Positions 8,645 to 17,672 of a DNA stretch of 63,686 nt are shown in pieces. The position numbers and the translations under genes are program-made. The number at the start of each line of letters is the position of its first letter. The stretch's first letter is position 1. The DNA comes from a virus (Duplodnaviria > Caudoviricetes): positions 1 through 63,686 of IMG/VR virus record IMGVR_UViG_3300020045_000643; one strand, written 5' to 3'. Under the pieces are notes generated by a model. It did not search any database and had not been told where the DNA came from. It saw nothing but the letters and a program-made list of their open reading frames with translations.

Positions 8645-8673
8645 TGATAAACCTCTTTGATTATGTTCATTGA

Positions 8674-8763
8674 TAAGACTCTTCTAAGATATAGTCATAG
8701 TATATGGCTATACTATATTCTCTTAGAATAGTCTCTTAAGAATGTCTTATAGGATATTCTCTT
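8674..8763. repeat. AT-rich nested inverted repeats (candidate replication origin)
   Basis: agactcttctaaga/tcttagaatagtct enclosing tatagtcata/tatggctata, then agaatgtctt/aggatattct. Confidence 0.6.
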
Positions 8764-8800
8764 ATTAATATACCTATAATTACCCAACCTAGGGAAAATC

Positions 8801-8817
8801 CCTATTAGGTTCCGGCT
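8801..8817 (-). promoter_or_regulatory. Putative phage RNAP promoter AGCCGGAACCTAATAGG
   Basis: Intergenic copy of the 17-mer. Confidence 0.7.
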
Positions 8818-8843
8818 AGGGAATGGATGTCAGACAAGGGAAC

Positions 8844-9197
8844 TTACTTTTTCTTACTCTCCTTTTCTACTAGTTCATCTAGTTTAGAGTTAACGATAAC
8901 AAGAAGCTTAGAACCAAACTCTTTAGCTTCTGGAGTCTCGACAACACGTTCAACAGCGTAAGCACCTACCATCAGATACATAGTTTTCTTAGCAGGGATG
9001 AATACTAGGAATACGGCTGCAATGATGGCCACGATTGAGGATGTTTTGAATACTCGTACATCTTTATCAGTATTACGCCAACTACCTTCGGTACTGGATA
9101 GTCCTGAGATGAATGCTACTATAGCTGCTCCGATAAGAGCAATGAATGCTAGGCAGTTTAGGTTTTCGAGTACGTCAATTAGATAGATTGTCCACAT
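8844..9197 (-). CDS. Membrane protein (2 TM helices)
   Basis: Two hydrophobic helices and an IPAKKTMY.M motif. Confidence 0.7.
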   Translation of the reverse strand: MWTIYLIDVLENLNCLAFIALIGAAIVAFISGLSSTEGSWRNTDKDVRVFKTSSIVAIIAAVFLVFIPAKKTMYLMVGAYAVERVVETPEAKEFGSKLLVIVNSKLDELVEKESKKK

Positions 9198-9392
9198 GTG
9201 GATGTCCCTTTAGATAGTTTTTGATGATGGTCTGACGGGTATATGTCTGAGAGGTATATTGAGTTTTGTATCCTCAAGAATTCCACCCACAAACCCCGAA
9301 ATCTCCCGAGAATCTCCGCCATGACACTCGTTCTGGTATACTCCATGCAGAATATACCCAAGGAATGCCATAATGGTACCTACTAGGAGCTG

Positions 9393-9620
9393 TTATTCCT
9401 CGAATGTCGCGAGGTATTTGTCGTAGGCTACTGCTTCTTGTTGGTACTTTGTGAGCTCCTGTAGGTATTCTCCTAGGATATGGTCTGTTGTTGGTGTTTT
9501 CACCCTATCTTTGTACACTTCTAGGTGCATTTGGTAGCTTTTCAGCAAGAAAGCTAGGTTATTGACCTCTTCTGAGGACATTTCTAGGTTGAATGTTCCT
9601 CGGTGCTTGGTTAGTCGCAT
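9393..9620 (-). CDS. Early hypothetical protein
   Basis: ORF in operon. Confidence 0.55.
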   Translation of the reverse strand: MRLTKHRGTFNLEMSSEEVNNLAFLLKSYQMHLEVYKDRVKTPTTDHILGEYLQELTKYQQEAVAYDKYLATFEE

Positions 9621-9796
9621 AGGATTCCCTCAAATTGTGGTGTTTTCATGAACTCTTTGATGTAACTCATGAGCTTTTCTGGTGTACCGTTATCTTCGGC
9701 ATTGATAAAGCAGTACATGAGTGTATTTACGACATCTTCTGCTTCTTCTTTGTTACAAGTGATAAGGATTTCGTCTTGGTTTTGTGTTACTTGCAT
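9611..9796 (-). CDS. Early hypothetical protein
   Basis: ORF in operon. Confidence 0.55.
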   Translation of the reverse strand: MQVTQNQDEILITCNKEEAEDVVNTLMYCFINAEDNGTPEKLMSYIKEFMKTPQFEGILCD

Positions 9797-9907
9797 TGTT
9801 TGTCTTTCTTTGGTTGAACTCTTTGTTTGAATCGGTAAGAAGAGCGTTGTTTCAGCTCTTCCTCCGTGTATTTCCTCTTAGTGTTAGCTTTAGCTAGCGC
9901 TAAATCT

Positions 9908-10156
9908 TTAGATTCGGACGAGTTGGTCATATGTAGCAGAGTATTCCACCATAGTTCCGTCAAGATCTACGATAGTACACATCTGTTCGAGTGCTGCCTT
10001 GGTAGAAGCGTATGCGAATGCGATAGGACGACCCTCAACATCAGCAGACATGAGAGCGTTGCATGCGAATTCTTCGAGAGCTTCATAGAGAGCCTCCCAT
10101 GAGTCCATATCGAACTGAGCTGGTGTGAGTGGGTTGAGCAAGAGGTATTTTGTCAT
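9908..10156 (-). CDS. Early acidic hypothetical protein
   Basis: ORF with AAGGA RBS. Confidence 0.6.
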   Translation of the reverse strand: MTKYLLLNPLTPAQFDMDSWEALYEALEEFACNALMSADVEGRPIAFAYASTKAALEQMCTIVDLDGTMVEYSATYDQLVRI

Positions 10157-10181
10157 GGTATTTCCTTAGTTGATGGAGAGA

Positions 10182-10511
10182 TTATTCAGCGATGATGATG
10201 TTGTAGAACCACACGTTAGGATCGTTACCACCAGCCGCAACGAACTGGAGTGTTTCTTGGTTATCGTATGCTTTCTGAAGGTCTTTGGTCAATGACTTCA
10301 ACACTTCAGTGCTAACGATACGATCAATACGGCATTGACGCTTACGATTGTCAGAACCAGTAGCTTCAATAGAACGAGTAGTCTCATTGAAGGTGAGTTC
10401 TTTGAGAGTAACAGCTTGAGAGATACGATCTTCACCCAATGGATTGTTAGTTGAGAATGCAACATTGATCTTGTTGATTGATGTGAACTTAGGTGTGAAA
10501 GCTTTAGTCAT
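10182..10511 (-). CDS. Early hypothetical protein
   Basis: AAAAGGAAATCATC upstream of MTKAF, the same RBS style as ssb. Confidence 0.65.
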   Translation of the reverse strand: MTKAFTPKFTSINKINVAFSTNNPLGEDRISQAVTLKELTFNETTRSIEATGSDNRKRQCRIDRIVSTEVLKSLTKDLQKAYDNQETLQFVAAGGNDPNVWFYNIIIAE

Positions 10512-10595
10512 GATGATTTCCTTTTGGTTAATGATTGATAGCAGGTACATACCCCTGATGCTCTGGTCTCACTTATACTCGTGAAGAGTGTATGA

Positions 10596-10703
10596 TTAGT
10601 AGATGACTACAGTGACCATCGATGGAAGATACTTGTTAAGCTCTTCAATGCTGTTGGTCTTAGTGATCAATCGGTTGGTGTGTTTGAAGTACACGTAGTA
10701 CAT
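10596..10703 (-). CDS. Small early hypothetical protein (35 aa, MYYVYFKHTNRLI...)
   Basis: Translated by hand; AAGGA RBS. Confidence 0.5.
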   Translation of the reverse strand: MYYVYFKHTNRLITKTNSIEELNKYLPSMVTVVIY

Positions 10704-10705
10704 GG

Positions 10706-10870
10706 TTAGTCCTTCAGGTTGTAATAGTCAATGGTCTGTTGCAAGGCGATCTCTTCAGCTTGATCACGATGCATGTTTGCTTGGTACTCTAGTATACCAG
10801 CACGTTCTTCAAAGAACTCTCTTTGGACTTCATTGAGTGCTGATACCTTGATGTGGATCATTAATGACAT
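10706..10870 (-). CDS. Small early protein with FEERAGILEY.....R.QAE motif
   Basis: ORF with GAGGA RBS; start trimmed to MSLMI. Confidence 0.6.
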   Translation of the reverse strand: MSLMIHIKVSALNEVQREFFEERAGILEYQANMHRDQAEEIALQQTIDYYNLKD

Positions 10871-11070
10871 ACTGTTTCCTCTACTTGTGTTAGCAATAAG
10901 AATGCCTGAGCACATGCCATGATACCACAGACAAACAAGATGATAGCGACTAACAAGTCACCACGATCATGTTCAATCTCAATGATGGAATACATAACGC
11001 ATGTACACCAGAAGGCAGCTACTAGAGCGTGAAGGACAGTCTCAAGAGGACGGAAGGGCATTGTGTTCAT
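10861..11070 (-). CDS. Small early membrane protein (2 TM), first gene of the minus arm
   Basis: AAGGAG RBS; two hydrophobic helices. Confidence 0.6.
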   Translation of the reverse strand: MNTMPFRPLETVLHALVAAFWCTCVMYSIIEIEHDRGDLLVAIILFVCGIMACAQAFLLLTQVEETVCH

Positions 11071-11122
11071 GTGATTCTCCTTAGATATGAACGGGAACAG
11101 AGCAAGACGCTCTCGACTGCTA

Positions 11123-11300
11123 GCAGACACCAGCAGACGACAGCACCCAAGCAGACACCACCAGCAGCCAAACAGAAGCTAGGGGGGTCACCAAAGGAAC
11201 AAAGAGGGTTAACCAAATCATTTTAATCCTTTTTCACACACAAAGAAACTTTACCCATAAGACTTCCCCACAGACTTTCCCCACAGAACCCTACCCCACC
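11123..11300. repeat. Short imperfect direct repeats in the divergent non-coding region
   Basis: gcagac(a/g) repeated at 11123-11160 and gactt(t)ccccaca-type units at 11250-11300. Confidence 0.6.
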
Positions 11301-11368
11301 CTCTTAAAAAATTATAGTATATTTTCTCCCAGGAAATTATAATAATTATTACTCTGGACTTTCCTATT

Positions 11369-11385
11369 AGTCGGTTCCTATTAGG
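11369..11385 (+). promoter_or_regulatory. Putative late promoter AGTCGGTTCCTATTAGG
   Basis: 17-mer variant 27 nt upstream of terL at the head of the structural arm. Confidence 0.7.
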
Positions 11386-11412
11386 AAAACATTTTAATAC
11401 TCTAAGGACATA

Positions 11413-13044
11413 ATGAGTAACCACAAAAAACTAGAAGCTCTCCGTGAGCTTAAACGCAGGGAAAAGATTAAAGAGTATGGTACTAACTTTGAGTTATTCG
11501 CCAAGGAACAAATTCGGATTCTCCCAAAAGACTCCCGAGAAGGATTCCAACCTTTTGTCTTTAATGAAGCCCAACATATTGTAAATGATGCTATTGAAAA
11601 ACAGTTGAGAGAGACTGGTAAAGTAAGAGCTATCATTTTAAAAGCCCGTCAAATGGGTCTCTCCACGTATACTGCTTCACGAGTATTCTGGAAGAGTTAT
11701 TTTAATAAGTATAACAAGTCTGTTGTTATGGCGCATGATAGTGCCACATCGGATGCTTTGTTTACGATGAGTAAGAACGTCATTCAGCATATGTCTGAAG
11801 AGTTCCAACCAGAGATGAAGAAGTCTAACGCCAAAGAGATTATGTTTGAACATAATGATAGTGGCTATAGACTGTATACCGCTGGATCTCCTGAAGCGGG
11901 TAGGGGTATTACGCCTACTATCGCACATCTTTCAGAGGTAGCTTTCTGGCTCCATGATGAAAAGATCTTAGCGGGTTTATTTCAGGGTATTTCACAGGCA
12001 GATGGTACTGAGGTTATTCTTGAGAGTACAGCTAACGGTGTAGGTAATTCTTTCCACCGATTGTGGAAGGGTGCCGTAGAAGGTACCAACGAGTATATCC
12101 CTATTTTCGTACCTTGGTATCTCATGTCAGAGTATCGTAGGAAAGCTCCTGAAGGGTTCGAGAGAACTGCGGAAGAAGAAATATTAGTAACAAGATATAA
12201 CTTAGATGATGACCAGTTATATTGGAGAAGATTAAAGGTAGCGGAGGGTGGTCTAGACAAGTTTAGACAAGAGTACCCCAGTAATCCTGAAGAAGCATTT
12301 ATTGTTTCTGGTAGTAATGTATTTAACGTAGAGAAGCTTTCAGCTCTTGTTCCTCAGCCTATACTCGCTCAGATGGACTTTAACTTTGAGTCCCAGATGA
12401 TGGAGCAAATTAGGAATGGATCGATTGAAATATTTAAGTATCCTACTTTTGAAGATTCTTTTGCTATTGGCGCTGACGTTAGTCTCGGGGTGGGGAAGGA
12501 CTTCTCGACGGCGGTGGTAATGAATGCCCAGAGGGAAGTATGTGCAGTATATAGAAATAATACTATTGACCCATCCCAGTTTGGCGATCTTTTGTTCTAC
12601 CTTGGTAGGTATTATAATAATGCTTTATTGGCTGTAGAATCAAACAGTATGGGTATTGCCACCCTAAATAGACTAACTCAAATGGGTTATGTCAACATGT
12701 ATTATCAAACGAAGATGGCTAACGTCTCGAAAGAAGAAGGAACCCGCATAGGGTGGAGAACCACAATGGCATCTAAACCTGCTATTATTGGATTCTTGAA
12801 GAATGCTATTGAGCAAGAAGACATATGGATTCCTTCCCGTATAGTTATCGGGGAGTTGATGAATTATGTGGCAGATGATAACGGACGGACTAACGCTATT
12901 GTCGGTCATAATGACGATACTGTTATTGCTCTTGCGATCGCGCTCGAAGTAATCCGGACTCACGGAGATAGATTAACAACTAACAAAGTATCCTTTACTC
13001 AGAAGATTGGTTCTTTTGAGCAAGATGCTACTAACTGGATATAA
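11413..13044 (+). CDS. terL: Terminase large subunit
   Basis: Walker A-like ILKARQMGLST, Walker B AHLSEVAFW, ESTANG, nuclease IGADVSLG and HNDDTVIA. Confidence 0.95.
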   Translation: MSNHKKLEALRELKRREKIKEYGTNFELFAKEQIRILPKDSREGFQPFVFNEAQHIVNDAIEKQLRETGKVRAIILKARQMGLSTYTASRVFWKSYFNKYNKSVVMAHDSATSDALFTMSKNVIQHMSEEFQPEMKKSNAKEIMFEHNDSGYRLYTAGSPEAGRGITPTIAHLSEVAFWLHDEKILAGLFQGISQADGTEVILESTANGVGNSFHRLWKGAVEGTNEYIPIFVPWYLMSEYRRKAPEGFERTAEEEILVTRYNLDDDQLYWRRLKVAEGGLDKFRQEYPSNPEEAFIVSGSNVFNVEKLSALVPQPILAQMDFNFESQMMEQIRNGSIEIFKYPTFEDSFAIGADVSLGVGKDFSTAVVMNAQREVCAVYRNNTIDPSQFGDLLFYLGRYYNNALLAVESNSMGIATLNRLTQMGYVNMYYQTKMANVSKEEGTRIGWRTTMASKPAIIGFLKNAIEQEDIWIPSRIVIGELMNYVADDNGRTNAIVGHNDDTVIALAIALEVIRTHGDRLTTNKVSFTQKIGSFEQDATNWI

Positions 13045-13053
13045 AGGATACTT

Positions 13054-13314
13054 ATGGCGAAAGACCCAAGATTAGAAAGAGCTGGTGTATCAGGATTTAA
13101 TAAACCTAAAGCTACACCCAGTCACCCTACAAAGAGTCACATTGTTGTGGCTAAGAGTGGTGACACAGTAAAGACTATTCGGTTTGGTGCTCAAGGCGTT
13201 AAGGGTTCACCCGATGGATCCTCTCGTAATGAAGCGTTTAAAGCAAGACATGCGTCTAATATTGCTAAGGGACCACTCTCTGCAGCATATTGGGCTAACA
13301 AGGTTAAATGGTAA
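13054..13314 (+). CDS. Conserved basic phage hypothetical protein
   Basis: KTIRFGAQG...FKARH...SAAYWANKVKW pattern; AAGGA RBS. Confidence 0.75.
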   Translation: MAKDPRLERAGVSGFNKPKATPSHPTKSHIVVAKSGDTVKTIRFGAQGVKGSPDGSSRNEAFKARHASNIAKGPLSAAYWANKVKW

Positions 13315-13315
13315 T

Positions 13316-13459
13316 ATGGCTATTGATTTAAAATTAACTGGTGAACAGAAGAAGCAGATGCAAGCTTTTGTTAAACCAACTCCACAGGGTAAATTAATGA
13401 ACCCCAAGGAAAAGGTAGGCGACAAGTCCGAAAGGACTCTCCCTATTCGTGGTCGCTAA
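13316..13459 (+). CDS. Small basic hypothetical protein (MAIDLKL...)
   Basis: ATG directly after the preceding stop. Confidence 0.5.
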   Translation: MAIDLKLTGEQKKQMQAFVKPTPQGKLMNPKEKVGDKSERTLPIRGR

Positions 13460-13573
13460 GGAATATCCCTTGTGTCCTATCCGTTGGCTACTCATGGCAG
13501 GGATGATAGTAGTAGCAACTTATAACAGTCGTGTTGACTGATTGAATGATTGAATGTTCCAAGGAAGGTTAAC

Positions 13574-15829
13574 ATGACAGACAAACAACAAATCCATCGC
13601 TTTAAAGCTGATAGATATAAAGAGGCAGTAGAGGACGATGAACTCTTAGCCATGATCGAACAGGGTATTACTAACTCTGTTGGTGACTTCTTGAACAGTT
13701 CCGACATGGCTCGTGAACGTCAGAAGGCTACCTACGAATATGGTATGATGCCTCAGTTCCACTTGACTCCTCAAGGCGTATCTCAGATTGTTTCATCTGA
13801 TACAGTAGAGGCAGTGGAAGGTTACACAGCTATCCTAGCTGAGCTTATGTTTAACAATAACAGACTAGCTCGCTTTATCCCTGCTGGTAGCTCACCTAAA
13901 GACTTTCACGAAGCTAAAGCAGCTTCTGACCTAGTCAACTATTCTATCTTTAAACAAAACAATGGTTGGGAAATCCTTAATACATGGGTTAAGTCAGCTT
14001 TGTTATGGAAGAATAGTATTGTTCGTTGGGAGTTCATTGAGGACTTTGACTATAACTTTGAAGAGTACGATGAGATTGAGCAAGCTAACCTAGACATTTT
14101 GTTAGCTGACGTAGACGTAGAAGTGATGGGCCAACTTAAGTACAAGCAAGAGCTTAGTACTGATAACGAAGGTAACTCAACCTACAAGACTATCTATGAG
14201 AATGTTCGCTTACGCCGTAAGAAGAACAAGACTCGAATTAACATTAAGAACGTACATCCAGAATGTTTCCGTATCACTCGTGATGCACATACACTAGATG
14301 ATGCAGCGTTCGTAGGTATTCAGATCGATATGACTCGTTCTGAAATCCGTAAGTATTTCCCTCAAATTGCAGAGAACATTAACTGGGACACTATTGGTGA
14401 TGGGTCATACGATTGGGCCACCAAGTACACCGAAGAGCAGTCAGCTCGTAAACGTCTTGTTGGTGAAGAGTACTGGTTGGGTGGAAATTCACGAGAGCTA
14501 TTTCCATCAGAGGCAAATAGACAAATCACTGTTATCGAATGTTGGCTAAGAGTTGACAGAGACGGTGACGGTATTGCCGAGATGAAGCACTTCATTATTG
14601 CTGGCTCAATGATTCTTCTTGAAGAAGATTGTGACTCAGTACCTTTAGCAACTCTTTGTCCTTTCGAGGTACCTCACGAGTTCTTTGGTTTGTCTGTTGC
14701 TGACATGATTCGTCCAGCTACACTAGCTACTACCGCTATCATGCGTGGTTTCGTAGAGAACGTGTACTTGACAAACTATTCGCCTAAGCTAGCTGACCCT
14801 AACGTAGTTGACTTTAGTGCTCTTCAGAACATGAAGCCTAAACAGATCATTGCTACTAACGGTAACCCTACTGGTGCTGTTCAAGCGTTGTCACCTGATA
14901 CTATCAGTTCAGGTACTGTACCTCTCCTAGAAATGTTGCAGATTCATAAAGAGCAAGCTACTGGTTTATCTAAAGCAGCTCAAGGTTTGAATGATACGCT
15001 ATATGTATCAGGTAACAGTGAAGAAAAGATGGCTAAGGCTATGTCTGCAGCGCAAGTACGTATCCAGTACATGGCTCGTAGATTTGCTGAGACAGGCTTT
15101 AAACGATTAACAGAGGGTATCTACAAAACCCTCCGTGATAAGATGCGTGGCCAGACCATGCACTACTACGATCAAAATGACTTATTCAAGAGTATAGATC
15201 CAGGTACATTACCTTCTAATCTCTTGTTATACATTGATGTGGACGTAGGTGAAAATTCTAACCATAACACCATTAAAAAGATGGCTATGGTTGGTCAACA
15301 GCTAATTCCAGCTCTGCAAGCAGCAGGTGCGGGTGGTGCTGTAAACCCTGAAGCTGCAGTGCGAATTGCCTGTAAGACTTTAGAAGCTTTAGATTTAGAC
15401 CCATTAGACTACATGGTAGACTATACGGATCCTAAATTTAAGGAACAAGCTCAGAAGTCTCGTGATGCTGAAAATACAGCTCAAGAGAAACAAAAAGCTT
15501 TGGAAGAGCAAGCCAAGCAATTGGACTTAGCACAAAGACAGGCTACGGTCGATCTTACTAATGTACAAGCTAAGAACGCTCTCCAAGATAATACAAAACA
15601 ACTTATGGTTGCTCTTGATAAATCATATCAGGAGTGGGGTAAACTATATATCATGGCGGCTAAAGAAGGTGTTCAACCTCCTAAGCAACCTGACGTACAA
15701 GAACTCCTACGCGTAGCACAGGCATTCATTAAAGGTGATGTGACTGGCGATGCTTCCCGCCCACAAGGTGGACAAGCTATGCCGCAAGTAAACGGTCCAG
15801 CCGCTGCTATGGAACAACCACAAATGTAA
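13574..15829 (+). CDS. Portal protein
   Basis: Position after terL; SQIVSSDT.E.VE, VIECWLRVDRDGDGIAE, PHEFFGLSVAD and a C-terminal coiled coil (P22/SU10-type portal); RBS AAGGAAGG. Confidence 0.9.
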   Translation: MTDKQQIHRFKADRYKEAVEDDELLAMIEQGITNSVGDFLNSSDMARERQKATYEYGMMPQFHLTPQGVSQIVSSDTVEAVEGYTAILAELMFNNNRLARFIPAGSSPKDFHEAKAASDLVNYSIFKQNNGWEILNTWVKSALLWKNSIVRWEFIEDFDYNFEEYDEIEQANLDILLADVDVEVMGQLKYKQELSTDNEGNSTYKTIYENVRLRRKKNKTRINIKNVHPECFRITRDAHTLDDAAFVGIQIDMTRSEIRKYFPQIAENINWDTIGDGSYDWATKYTEEQSARKRLVGEEYWLGGNSRELFPSEANRQITVIECWLRVDRDGDGIAEMKHFIIAGSMILLEEDCDSVPLATLCPFEVPHEFFGLSVADMIRPATLATTAIMRGFVENVYLTNYSPKLADPNVVDFSALQNMKPKQIIATNGNPTGAVQALSPDTISSGTVPLLEMLQIHKEQATGLSKAAQGLNDTLYVSGNSEEKMAKAMSAAQVRIQYMARRFAETGFKRLTEGIYKTLRDKMRGQTMHYYDQNDLFKSIDPGTLPSNLLLYIDVDVGENSNHNTIKKMAMVGQQLIPALQAAGAGGAVNPEAAVRIACKTLEALDLDPLDYMVDYTDPKFKEQAQKSRDAENTAQEKQKALEEQAKQLDLAQRQATVDLTNVQAKNALQDNTKQLMVALDKSYQEWGKLYIMAAKEGVQPPKQPDVQELLRVAQAFIKGDVTGDASRPQGGQAMPQVNGPAAAMEQPQM

Positions 15830-15834
15830 ACCCC

Positions 15835-15858
15835 GAGCTTCCTCGAAAGAGGGAGTTC
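15835..15858 (+). promoter_or_regulatory. GAAA-tetraloop hairpin after portal, without U-tract
   Basis: gagcttcctc-gaaa-gagggagttc. Confidence 0.5.
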
Positions 15859-15876
15859 ACCTAACACTTAAGATTA

Positions 15877-16242
15877 ATGGACAAATATAAAGACGGCTTT
15901 CAGAAGAGAACAAAGCCTAAAATGAACCATGATACTGGTGAATATGTTGTAGAACCTTTCCGTGATGCTCAAGTATCACTAGGTAAAGCAGAATTCGCAG
16001 TAAGAGAACGAGAACAATTCTTCGGTGAAGCATACTCAGAGATCTTAGCAGACCTCTTTGTTACTTGGCTGAAGACTGAACCTCACGCTGTTAAAGAGCG
16101 AGAGTTCCTATACCATACAGCTATGGCATTAGGTAGCGTTAAAGAAAAGCTTGTAGGTATTGAGATGCTTGGTAACAACATCAAATACATTAACAAGATG
16201 AAACAAGAAGCCAAAGAAGAGGGCAATAAAGATAATGAATAA
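15877..16242 (+). CDS. Head-module hypothetical protein
   Basis: ORF between portal and scaffold. Confidence 0.7.
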   Translation: MDKYKDGFQKRTKPKMNHDTGEYVVEPFRDAQVSLGKAEFAVREREQFFGEAYSEILADLFVTWLKTEPHAVKEREFLYHTAMALGSVKEKLVGIEMLGNNIKYINKMKQEAKEEGNKDNE

Positions 16243-16486
16243 ATACGTTAAAGCAAGAGAAGTTCTAGTTCGTTCACGAGACGAAGTATTAGGTGAACTC
16301 GTTCGTGCAGGTGAGAGTGGTGGTGTGGGTCTATCCCAACGTTTCGCCCCTATTCTTGTTAATCTGCAGGGTGCTATCGAGGCAATCGATCGCATTACGG
16401 GTACACAAGATCAGCCAAAGGAAAACTTTGCTGAGAAAATGAAGGCTGCTAAAGCAGCTAAAGCGGCTGAAAAAGCTGCACAATAA
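16235..16486 (+). CDS. Head-module hypothetical protein
   Basis: ORF overlapping the upstream stop. Confidence 0.65.
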   Translation: MNKYVKAREVLVRSRDEVLGELVRAGESGGVGLSQRFAPILVNLQGAIEAIDRITGTQDQPKENFAEKMKAAKAAKAAEKAAQ

Positions 16487-16508
16487 AACGGACACAAGGA
16501 AATAACAT

Positions 16509-17642
16509 ATGAATTTATCACATCTCTCTACCAACACCCCTGCATCAGAAGTGAGCAGCGCGAGTTTTGATGACGGAAGTGTAAGTGCAGATTTGGAAGC
16601 AAAAAGTCTTGATGACATTCTACGTAATAGCCCCGCAGCTAAGTTGCTCGGCTTGGAATCTCTACCAGAAGAAGACGAAAGCGTCCCAAATCCAGATGAA
16701 GAGTCGGAAGAAGAACAAGCCCAAGAGAACGACTCGGAGTCTGAAAATGACCTAGATGAAAATGAAGAATCAGAAGAATCTGAAGAAGAGAATACTGTTG
16801 AGGATGACAAGTCTACCCAAGATACAGAGCTACCAACTGAAGAAGATATTGATTGGGAATACCAAGTACCCGTCACTGTTGACGGTAAAACTGAGTATGT
16901 ATCCCTAGAGGAAATCCGCAAGGGTTACTCTACTGATAAACATCTATCTCAAAAAGGGCGCGAACTCGGCGAGCTGAAGAAGCAGATCGAGACTGAAAGA
17001 AATGAAAAGCTACAAGAAGTACTAACACTAGCTACGGTAATCAATGAAGAATTGACTGCCACTGAAACTAAGCTAGCTGAAGACTACCACAAAATCAAGA
17101 GTGATATCGATAAAGCTCGTGAAGAAGGTGATAGCTATACAGCTCGTGAGTTGAAGGAACAACTAGAAGCAGTACAAGAGAAGTATTGGAATGCACGTAA
17201 TAAGCGTGAGTCTAATGCAGCCAAAGTAGCAGAACAGCTAAAGACAAACCAAGAGACACAACAACAAGCGTTACTGAAGTCATATGAGGAAAATATTACG
17301 AAAGTAATTCCTGATTACTCAGAGAAAGTTGCCAAGTCTATCCGTGAGTTTGCTGTTAAAGAAGGTCTACCTGAGACTATCCTTGATGTAATTTATGATG
17401 TTAACATTGTAAAGTTCATTAATGATTATCGCAAGTTAAAGACAGCCAAAGAAACTGGTGAAGTGAAGCGTAAAGCCGCCCCCTCTGTTAAGTCGGTACC
17501 CACTAAAAATGGGATTCCTGCAGCAAAGAAAGCGCAACAAGCTACTACTGAAAACCGTTCTAAGGTTCTTTCCGGTCAAGGATCAAAACAAGACGAATTA
17601 GATTTTCTAAAACGTATCTCTTCTGTGAGCAAAAAATTATAA
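16509..17642 (+). CDS. Capsid scaffolding protein
   Basis: Acidic N-terminus, V.VDG....VSLEEIRKGY motif, coiled coil, directly upstream of MCP. Confidence 0.85.
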   Translation: MNLSHLSTNTPASEVSSASFDDGSVSADLEAKSLDDILRNSPAAKLLGLESLPEEDESVPNPDEESEEEQAQENDSESENDLDENEESEESEEENTVEDDKSTQDTELPTEEDIDWEYQVPVTVDGKTEYVSLEEIRKGYSTDKHLSQKGRELGELKKQIETERNEKLQEVLTLATVINEELTATETKLAEDYHKIKSDIDKAREEGDSYTARELKEQLEAVQEKYWNARNKRESNAAKVAEQLKTNQETQQQALLKSYEENITKVIPDYSEKVAKSIREFAVKEGLPETILDVIYDVNIVKFINDYRKLKTAKETGEVKRKAAPSVKSVPTKNGIPAAKKAQQATTENRSKVLSGQGSKQDELDFLKRISSVSKKL

Positions 17643-17672
17643 AACCAAATTTCACTTTAAGGAAATAATAAA

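Noticed and set aside
16331-16921. Antisense and alternative-frame ORFs in the supplied track (for example 16331-16921, 28558-29016, 36723-37199, 54356-54967)
   Set aside because: They are shadows of well-supported genes, with biased composition and no motifs; only the Rz1 lipoprotein frame was accepted
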